Source: Antechinus flavipes (lineage: Eukaryota). Taken from it: a stretch of 64,000 bases of DNA. Numbering within the stretch: the first letter of the stretch is position 1; each line of letters opens with the position of its first letter. The position numbers and the translations under genes are program-made. The stretch is taken from NCBI RefSeq assembly GCF_016432865.1, contig NC_067403.1, forward strand, positions 252,836,001 through 252,900,000, in the 5' to 3' direction. Of the stretch, positions 1 to 10,500 are shown in pieces. The notes beneath the pieces were generated by a model that saw only the letters and a list, made by a program, of their open reading frames with translations, was not told where the DNA came from and did not search any database.

Positions 1-75
1 CCTCCGTCCTTTAGTCCTGATCGAGGTGAGGAGATGCAAGTCCATTAAAAAAAACATTTACTTCCAACCAGACTC
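1..75 (-). other. CPSF7: Start of CPSF7 terminal 3'UTR exon (continues off the window)
   Basis: Acceptor TTCTCATTGCAG| at 76-77, then GAGTCTGGTTGGAAG...; resembles the recalled mammalian CPSF7 3'UTR start. Confidence 0.8.
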
Positions 76-1833
76 CTGCAATGAGAACAGCAGAAGGGGG
101 GAGGGAGAGAAAATACAAGTTAGAGATTTATATTTGATTATCTGGGGATTATCTGGATTATCACCAGCATTTTCTAAAGCAGGAAGCCCACGAGGTCAAA
201 GGATGCTATGGAAAGCAGGAGAGAACATAATTTTGCATGACGGAAAGAGAGGAAAAAAAGGAAAAAGGCCTGGCTGGACTATTCTGAAGCAAATGATGAC
301 AAGAGCTCAGAAGGACTCTACTGAGATCGGCTCTTGTGGACACCTTAAAAAGGGCCGTGTGACTGCCGGCTCTCCCGGACGACAAGGTCAAGCCGTGGCG
401 GGAGAGAGACACAGCAAGAGGCTGACTGGTCACAGGCGCTATCAAGGAAAGAGAAAAGGGAACGGCTCCATCTGCTGGAGCCCGGGGCAGCCAGCGCCCA
501 GCGAGGGATCCTGGGGACAGTCCTGCCCTGCTCACAGCAGGGGGGCCACCAGCTTGGGAGAGCAAACACAAAGTATCCTTGGAGGAAAAGCCCAAAGACA
601 TTTCCAAATCACACTGGAAAACGAGGTCCAAGGACCAGTTAGATTATAAAACTCTCCCAAGGCGACAGCACCAGTTATGGCTCAAAAAATGGCAGGGCGA
701 GGACAAGCGCACAACAGAACCCAAGTTGTGTTTCAAAGTCAAAAGGCAGCCCCCATAGCCCCCCGCTCTGTTTTGGGCCAGGCTACGATGGCTCCCTGGG
801 GAGGGGGGCGTCTTCCGCAGCAGGGGCTGGCACCCACGACCTGCTCAGGCTCAAAGGCAGAGTTCTGGTCAGTGCTGAGAAGCTGCAGATAATCCCAGAA
901 GAGGCTAATTAGTCTCGTGGGAAAGAATTCAAAACAGGCTTCAGGCCTCCCCAATGTTAAAGGGATGAGCAGCTATATTACAAAAGGATGCACAAATCTA
1001 TTCCCTTCTTAAGTCAAATACAGCAAATACATGTGTGGCGCTAAGGAAAGAGGAGGCCTGGACTGGAAGTCAGAGCAGAGAGGTAGGAAGGGATGGCAGC
1101 CTGAGCCAGACTTCTACCCCACTACCACGTCCGCCCACTACAAGCTGAGACCAGTCACTCGCTCTCTTCCAGAGCACCTCTGAGGCCCCCAAAGGTCACC
1201 CAGCCCACCTGGGTGCAGCTTGCACTGTGAGTGTTTCTGACAGCAAACCCAGGAACCTGAGCATGAATCTCATTCTAACAAGTCACTGGGCCTTTTTGTT
1301 CCATTTCCTCCTCTGAAATGTGGGATTGGACTAGCTGACTAGATGGTCCCACGTTATTTAATGAAGAATCCACAAGCCAGAAAATACTACAGAACCCTTC
1401 CACAAACATCTACTGTCCATTTTCCTATTTTAAAGGCTCCTCCCCTCCAAAGTAGCAAAGCATCGAAAAAAACACATGTGTTCATTTTATAGGTGGGAGT
1501 TATAGTTAGGTGAAGTAATGATGAAACAAAGCAACGAATCCATTCACTCAGTTTAGCTCATTCAGACTGGATTAAGAGTGTCTAAGAAATTGTTTTTCCT
1601 GAGACAAAAGGGTCAGAATGGCTATAAAAATGAGGAGTTTATCTCTAGGAGTCTGAAGATCATTCTTGAGTAGCCCTGAATAATGTACCAAGTGGCCAAA
1701 TAAATCACGTCCTATCCACAGTCTTAGATTACCCTCAAGTGATCAGAAAAAAGTACACATGCAAATGTCATCTACTGAGTATTCCTGCCAAACTCAAAAA
1801 GGAAGTTGATGGTTTCAAAGGAAATGAGATGGA

Positions 1834-2024
1834 GCCTCATTCTAAACCAACCGCTGACTCCCTTGGAGTGAGTTTTAAGTGGAGGCTGGAAAGACCAAAG
1901 ATCCTTGGGAGAGGAGTCCCATACATAGGCCTCATTCTAAACCAACCGCTGACTCCCTTGGAGTGAGTTTTAAGTGGAGGCTGGAAAGACCAAAGATCCT
2001 TGGGAGAGGAGTCCCATACATAGG
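1834..2024. repeat. Perfect 95-bp tandem duplication
   Basis: 1834-1928 is identical to 1929-2023. Confidence 0.95.
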
Positions 2025-4414
2025 ACCCCAAAGTGAAAAGTCAGTAGGACCCCTCCCCAGACTGAGGCCACATCTTCTGATGAGAGCAGGCGGCCACAGA
2101 GCTTAGAACAAGGCGCTGAGCCTGGTCCGACAGCACAGAGCAGGCCGTCCCACGGCCTTTCTCACTATGAGCAGCTACCAAGAATTAAGAGCCTCTGCAC
2201 CAGAGTGGGATAAATATTTAAAAGCCGGGCACTGTAGAGTTTTAACTCTGCTCATTCTGAGGAGGGAAGACAATTTGCTTCACTAGGGTCAGAGAACCAA
2301 CCGGAAAAAGGGACCACCATAAAAACAGCAAATGGAACAAATAGCTCCTGAATTTCACTTCAACTGCTACGAAGGGAAAAGTCTGTTACTAATGAAGGAC
2401 CCACATTTGAAGAGGGCCCAAGGTGGCAGAAACCTGCCCATAGATCTATGATATTTAAATAGGAACATTAAATGATCTCATATTCAAGTAACATTGAACA
2501 ATTCACTCTTGTAACACTAAATACCAAAAAAATTAAAGAAGCCATATTGTTCATTTCTGTTTCCTGCACAGAATAATCCAATCACCTTGGTAGAAGCAGT
2601 TCACCATCAATCATTCTTTGCCAAGGCCAAGGAGCTTTTACAAGTGCTTCACACAGAGCAGAGACTTAATTTGTTTGTCCAATGAGTTGCTTTAGTAGTT
2701 CTTATGATGCAATTTGCCAGATCTTCAATTATTCCCTCAATCAAGAAGCAACATGGCACAGCGCACTTGGGTTCAAATCTCATCTCTGCTATGTATTAGC
2801 TATGTGACTTGAATAAGAACTTCCTGGTTGGCTCCCTCCAAGCTCTTAGTTCTACCAACGCACAGCAGACCCTCATCACAATAAGAATTACGGTCTCCTC
2901 TTACAGACAGGAGCCAGCTCCAACGGACGCGCTGCCCCTGCCAGAGTCTGGGGAGACGGCACCAGGGAACGCACACAAATCCGTCAGGATGGAGACCAAC
3001 CAAACTGGCGCCCAGGCGTCATTCAAAATGTCTCCTTGTTCTGCACACCAAAGATGGGGAAGCCAGCCCCGACTTCTAGGAAAGGAGCAGGCTGAGTGTC
3101 ACTCATTGAGGTACAAAGGTCTAGAGTTCACACCTGGGTTTGTCCCGGCAGCGTGACCCAGGAAAGGAGCTGCCCTCAAAATTCCTTTACCAAAGCTCGA
3201 CAGTGGCAAACTCCACAAAGACTGCGGGACCCGTCCAAGAGCAAAGAGCAAAGAGCAGTTCGCCCAGAAGCAGAGCCTCCCAGCACCACTGGTCTCCAGG
3301 GAGCACAAAAAGGAAGCTTCCAAAGGAGACACGAAACAGCTCAGAAAGGCATCCGTTCCGATAAACTTTCCTAACGCCACCCCTCCCCCCCAACTAACCA
3401 CCCTCGTGTTCCGAGGACGAGGCCTACTGAGGTGATGCTCTGGGGCCAGTTCCGACCTTGTACTTATTACCTGCCGCCAACAGCTCCTCAGAGACAAGCA
3501 CCTCCTGTCCACAAGCCACGTCTTAATTTACGGACAAGCAGGAAGAGCAGCCTGAAGCAGTGGCCTTCCCTGTCTCATGCACCCTTTCACCTTCATAATC
3601 ACACAGGCCCGGCTCCTTCCTACTTCGGTGACCACTCTCTCTACCCCCTTCACCTCCAAGAACACACAGAGAAATATCCCGACATACACGATAGCCACAA
3701 GGCTGCAACGCGCTATTTGGGAAATACTGGGAAACACAAGCTTGGGCCTAGAAAAGTCTCCAAGGGTAGAGCTGGGAAGGGATCCTGCAGCCTTCCATAA
3801 AGGCTCTGCATGAAGCAGACAGCAAACACCGTCCAAACCAGACAAACGGGCATTTAGCTTGAGTTTTAAAAACCTCGAAGGAAGCAGTCGACGACCTTCT
3901 TGAATAGCTTTCATTTTACAATCCTCTATTTCAGCAAGTATCCCTATTAACCAGCCTAAATCCTTCCTGCTGCCACGGGGAGCCCTTCTCCTTTCTCAAT
4001 TTTTACATGAAAAACAGTTGGTTGTCATTTTCTGTCCAACACCCCCATTCTTAAAGGTCACCCCTCCCACCCCCATCTCCCTTCTCTAAACTCCCAAATG
4101 TCCTTTTTCATAGACGGGCCCGTTTTCAAAACCATGAATCTAGCACGGCACAGACCAACCGGCAGGAGTGAGACCACCGCACAGGGTGGGACGGGGAGGA
4201 CTTGGACTGGCTTCTTTGTCCTTCCTGCCGGGCTCCCTAAATCGGGACAGGGGCCAGAGCGCAGCCGGTCCCCAGAGGCGGCAGCAGGGGCCGCACCTGC
4301 CCAGCAACCCCCTACCACTAGACCAGGCCCAAGAGCAGGCTCCTCCCAAGCTGGGGTTTCACCCCCAGAAGCCCCAAAAGAAATGTAGCCAGGGTGGAGC
4401 CAATCTCACCTTTC

Positions 4415-4577
4415 TCAGTGATGCCGGTCCCGCTCTCTGTCCCGGTGTCTCTCATGCTCCCGATTCCTTTCTTGGAAATAATCCTCGTGCCTATCCTCAT
4501 TGTGGAGCAGGTCCCGGTGCCTCCGGCTGCTCTCACGGGACCGGCTAGGTGATCGCTCACGGGACCGGTGTCTTTTC
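4415..4577 (-). CDS. CPSF7: CPSF7 last coding exon, RS/RE-rich tail
   Basis: [19 protein letters not shown]...RDRHH-TGA; the exon runs 5 nt past the stop to donor AAG|GTGAGA (exon ends at 4410). Confidence 0.96.
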
Positions 4578-7500
4578 CTGTTGGAAAAGATTCTTTCTTC
4601 AGGGTTCTCCAGAGAGGCTCAATGGCATTCTCATCAAGATGTTCAAGAACTTTTCTGGCTGTCTGAGCATCTGACTTAACCTGCCCTCTGCAAGTCTCCA
4701 TTTATGTCAGAATACAAAACCCACACAAACTCCAACTTATTTTCTTAATGCAGCTGCCTTCGTTATTTCCTCGCTAGCCTATGACGATCATTAATAAAAA
4801 CCTTCTGACTTCCAGAACTCCTCCTAGAGGTCAGGGCCTCCAGTCCCCCTCCCCCACCCCGAAGAGGGGTCCACTGCGGCGGGGAGACCAACAGAACGAT
4901 CGGGAACTCACCTGGAAGAGCTCCCGCTGGCACCCACGCTGTAGGACTTGGCTTCGATGCCATGAAGACAGTCCTTTAGGGAGGAGATGAGCACACGGCA
5001 ACGTTCGTCGTTGGCGACCCGGGATTGTTTGATGACAGCAATGGCTGTGAGGAGCGTCTCAATAGCGTCACTATAATCCCCTGATGCGGGATGGGTAGGA
5101 AAGGCCAAAAATGAGTAGGAGAGCAACGGAAGCAAACCGGACCAAGAGGGAGGAGACGGAAGCCGAGCCAAAGCGGGGTGCCCGTGCACGCCCCAGGACT
5201 GCCCGACCAGTCCCGAGGCCCTCCAGCTCCCACTGGCCCCGGCCAGCACAGGACTCGTGCTCGGAGAGCCGGGGACGGCACCTCAGCCAGGACCCTTTGG
5301 GACGGAAGGCAAGGTAAGAGAGGAAAGAGTCCGAGGACGGAGTCCGCCGAGAATAACAAGGTCTCGAGGATACTCTGAGGGAGCAGAAAGGAGGACTTGG
5401 AGCTAGTCGTACGAGAGGAGGACAGACCAGAGACGGGGAGGTACAGAGCAGTCAAGAAACACAGCAGGAGATGAAGAAAACGGGATAAAGATTTAATCAA
5501 ATGTGAGAGAAGATTCTCTAGGAGAAAGTTCAGGAGAGAAAAATGGAGCCCACTCCTCCTGCCTCTAAGCCCCATTAGCAGGTGGGAACAGCCCGAGGAG
5601 GGCACTTTGATGAGGAAAAGACCATCCCCGGAAGGATGATGCTAACGTTTCCAGCCCAATGTTCTTCTTGGCACCCAGTTGTCAATCTGGCCCAAAGCCC
5701 TGGACCTAACACGGAACAAGAAAGGCACACTAACACACGAACATCTGTTTAATGAACACCTGCCTCGTGTGGGCACCTACTCACCCCGAGTCTCCCCATG
5801 AGGTGGCAGTGAGACTGCACTACTCAGCCCGGGACCCTGTCCCGGCTTGGGCTCGGCAGGTCCCAGGCCTCCCCCCGACTCTGGCTGGCCCGGAGCCTGA
5901 TCCGCACCAGCCGAGATGGCCTTCGGTCACCTTGTGACCGGCCGGTCAGAAATCTACCCTGAAACGGCCAATCTGATCGAGTCCCGCTATTCCGGAGTAC
6001 TCCGTCTCTGCCGACATCAGTTGGTCCGTTGGTCAAGAAAGACGTGTACAAGGCAGAGACGTCCCGCGATAGCCCAGAGCAGAAGTGGAATACGAACACT
6101 CTGTCCCAGGTGCCAAGTTGGATTTTGCGCACAAAAGGACATTTGGGAATGATTTCTAGCCTAGCAAAAAACCTTCCCCAAACACGCTGGGAATAGGGCA
6201 GAAGTCTAAACGCAAACCTGTCCCCGAGGTATCTGTCCCTCTCAAAATCCCTGCAGAGGACGAGGGAAGACACGCAGGAGATGGAAACAAAGGCAAAAGC
6301 AGTTACCTGCGCTGGCCCCAGAGACGGCTTTGGAAATGGCACTGCTAGAAATTGCTCTGTTCCGATTCATGATCTCCTCGAACTCGGCTTCGCACACCGT
6401 CGGGGGCGGGGGGCCCAGTTCTCGGCTGCACGGAGACAACACCATCCCTGACCGCCCGTGGCACTTAGATCTGTACCGTACAGCAGGGCACTTTATTGGG
6501 TATGATGTTGCAGCGATCTCTCGTTCACATGTCACTTCCTCCAACCCCCCCACCCAGTGAGGACAGCCTGACACTGTCCCCCACTTCCAACCTCCCCTCC
6601 CCCCCAGCTCATAGGCATTCCGCACTCATCAAGCCCATCGGGGTGAAGGATGAGCACAGAGCATGGGCCGAGCAGCCGACAAGAACCCCCGTGGAAAGGC
6701 AATACAAAAGTGAGGTGGCAGGGATCAGAGCAGAGATGCAGGAGCAAAAGACGAGGGTCCCATCCGCCTGGGCAGCCCCATGGACTCCCCTCCAACAGAA
6801 GGACACAGGGCAGCCCTTACCTGCCATGGTGGTTATAGGGTGCAGAGGCCTTGATGTAAGCATCTGGCGGAGGCCCCACTGCAGCATTTGGTGGGGGGAA
6901 GAAGGCGGGGTTGAGGTGCAGGGCAGGTGGAATGGCCCCCGGGGGAGGCACAGCCAGGTGGGGAGGCAGTCGGGGAGGCGGGGGCATGAGATGCTGGTAA
7001 TGGATACCAGGAGGCGGAGGAGGGACCCCAAAGCCCGAGGAGAGAGGTGGTGGGGGCGGGATGGGTGGTGGGGGCAGACCCATCAGGGGAAGAGCTGAGG
7101 GAGGGCGGCTGAAGTAGGGCAGCACGCTGGGGGGCTTGTCCACTCGAGGGGGTGGGGGCACAAGGTTCTCGGTGGGTGTGGCCCGTCCGTCAGCAGAATC
7201 ACTAGAATCTCGGGAGTGGGCCCGCGGCGGTACTCCTACAAAGCAAGAGAGAGCTAGCGTCACTGCCCCCGGCACCAGACACAGCCCCGGCACAGTCCAA
7301 GCCGAGCACGGGGCTGGCCCTCCCATGAGGTGCCTGCAGTGCGGGGGGCCAGGAAGGACTCTGCTAAGGGGACCTCAAGGCACTCTTCAGAGAGGCCATA
7401 GGCTCTGCTGCTCCTATTTCTTTGTAAAGCCTTTCTGGGGTTGGGGGTGCACTTGATGAGTCACTCCTCTATCCTGAGACGCTCCTAAACTTCACAAAAG

Positions 7501-10500
7501 GATTGTCATCCCCCCTTCCAGAAGGAAGGGGGCCCAGCAAGAGAACTAAGGCCTCCTCAGGAGCCCTCGGCAAAACGAAGCCGACACAAGAGCTCCGACC
7601 GAGCCTGCGATCTTCCTCTGGGCGACTGCCAAAGCACCCTCACCTTCCCGACACCTACTAACATGTCACCTGCCACAGCACAAACGGAGAGGGACAAGAA
7701 CCTGGCGATCGGGGTGGGAAAGGTGGGGTGCCAGCAGGAACAGAGAAGGGGTAAAGAGGAGGCTGTCACGAGAACCTGCCCACAGAACACAGCCTAGGGC
7801 CGACAGGCCCACCAGTCCATCTCAAGCCCCCTGACTCCTGAGAAAGAGGCAAGTGGGCCACAGGAGACTTGGATCCCTCTCGGCTGCTTCGCCCAGAGGT
7901 CCTCAGAAACCGTGTCCCTGGCTGGGAAGCCCTGCTCCCAGAATACTGCCGTGGACGCCTTTCTCTGGCCTTGCCCCCAGTGGGGATTTCCACAAGAGCA
8001 GAGTGAGGCACCTGGGAAAAGGGATGCAGGAAGGAGCAATGGCAATCACCAAACACCAGAGATCTAATCAGCCTGGCCGCCTCGTCGGCCCTGACTTCCG
8101 CAGGCCGGTGCAGGGGGCGCTCCCCCTCTCGGCACCTGAGTCCCTCGGACAGTAAACACATCTTAAGAACCTTAGTCTCTCACAGCCTCCAAGCCTCAAC
8201 ACTTCAACTTTCCCTTCCTGGCAACAATTTTCCGGCCTGGGAGATTTGGGGCCCAAGCTATCCACAGGCCCCCAAAGTAGCCGCTCCATAAGAGGCGGCA
8301 GCAGCTCTACCTCCGGAGACCACCGTGGAAGACATGGCCGCCAGAAAGCGCTGCCGCGGCACCCACCATCTTAATCCCCTAGAGTGAAGCGGGAGGAGAG
8401 GATTGGGCCTGCTTCCCCTGGGACCGGGGGGTCAGGAATCTCTACTGAACCAAAGGGCCTCGGAAGGCTTAAGCGGCCAAGGAAGAGGGATGGGACTCCG
8501 GCCCGGAACACGAGGCGCCAAACCCCTAGGACCCAAAAGCTCCAAGTCTAATCAGAGAGCTATTCCTACAGAAGAGCCAGGGGATTGTCCTTGGGCCTGG
8601 GGATGAAACCCAATGCAGGCTGGGCTTGGCAAGCAGGGCCTAAAACAGTGGTGGAAAACGCTCGGGGACCCCGCTGTCGCTAAGCAAGGCTGAGGCCGGC
8701 TGACTGTCTCAGGCTGGGCCTCGAAGGGTGGCTGTCCCCCAGTCCAGGGTCTGGTCCTCAGCTTTTGCAGGTTCAGAAACTGAGTTTTATCAGTTCACCC
8801 AGGGGTGATCGGACCCTGGGGGATTGATTCACGCTAACCAAACTCACAAGAGACTGATTCATAAATCAGAATGCCAATTTATTAATTTACAATGAGAAAT
8901 ATAACTGCCAAGCGGACCGGAATACTTGTGTCGGCTGGTCAGCGCATTCTCTTCCCAGTAGGAGAGCCTATTTGGGAAACCAAATTAAGATCAGAAGGTT
9001 GCTTGGTGAGTACAGAATCAGATGAACTTAAGGGATCTCGGCGTCAAGCTCTAGAAGCCCGACACCCCCGTTTCCACCACTGAACTAGACCTGCCAAGCG
9101 GACCAGGTTGCTTAGGTTGGCCCTCGGGGCTCCCTCTCCCCCGGACGATGCCGGAGACCCTCCGGCTCTCCATGCAGACCACCCTTCTGCTCGCACCGAG
9201 CCTACGACAGCACCGGCTTTATTTTCTACAAACCCTCTGGACACAGAACAACTTCCACAGTTACAGCTCACTTGACAGAAATTATATTCTGGGTGGCTGC
9301 TCCTAAAGACAAGTGGGATAGTAACCTCCTCGCTATACTACTTCCACATTACAACCCAGGATGGGTTCGACTAATTCCATCCGGTGTAAGCTAATTCCCA
9401 GCACTGGAGGATTTGGGGGCTGGAGAGAACCTTAAAAGCCATCTGGTCCAACCCCCCCATTTCACAGACGAGGTAACTGAGGTCCAAATCGACTGATCTG
9501 TCCAGCGAGCCCACAGCTTATTTCGGTGTGAGGTAGGCCCAGAACCCCGCTCTGCCAAGCCCTGGTGCCATACTCCTTTTGCCTGGGCATGCAGTGTGCT
9601 CTGCTGGACCCGGTGAGGGGCTGACCTGGTATCCTCCCAGAGACTGAACCCCCCGCCCCCCGCCTCCCTTACGCTGCAGGCTAATCCCGCACCGTGGCAG
9701 AAGCCCTCCCCTCTCTCCCCTTCATACAGACCATCTCCACGTACCCCCTCTTGGGACTCGGACGCACTCACGTTTCCGAGCCTGCGCCTCAAACTGCGAC
9801 AGGTTCTGCCGGGTGGCCAGCCTCACGTCCACCTTTTCCCCATTGAGAATCTTGCCTGGCAGAAGCTCCAGCAGTTTGTGGACAGAGTTCTCAGAGGCCA
9901 CCACCACCTCAGCATACCTTGGGGAGGAGAGAGCAGACGAGAGAGAACCACCGCTTGAATACAGGGGAAGAGCGCCAACGCTGGGGATGTCCCGGGCAGA
10001 CCCCCAGCTGGAGAAGGCTCGGCCAGGGGCCGGCCCAGCCTTCCCGTTTTCACGACCCTCAAAGCACCTCCCTCCACGGCTCGGCACAAAGCGCCTCCAA
10101 GCTGGCCTGGCTGGGAGGACGTGGGCGCAGAGGCGGGGCAGGACTAGCCACATCTGGCTGAGGATCCAGAATGACACAGACTCTCGGGAAGGGGGAGTGG
10201 GGGGGTGTCACCGGGAAGAGAAATTCTTCCGCTCAGTGCTTACCCTTTGGACTGGCCATTGGCTCGATTCTCTGCAAATTTTAACTCCACAACATCATAG
10301 ACGCCCACAGAACGGATGATTTGGATCAGCTGTTGGTCTGTTGTCCACTGGGACAGGTAAAGCAGAAAAGAGAAGTCAGAGGCTGGAGAGATCCTTGAAA
10401 GGTTTCTAGCAGCCCCCGTCCCTGAAACCACAACTCCAGTCACCACCACGGCCCCAAAGAATATCCCTACAAGGCCCCAAACCAGTCTTGTTGCAGTCAA

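Noticed and set aside
26-649. 207-aa plus-strand ORF
   Set aside because: Antisense to the CPSF7 3'UTR exon and intron, with no recognisable domain
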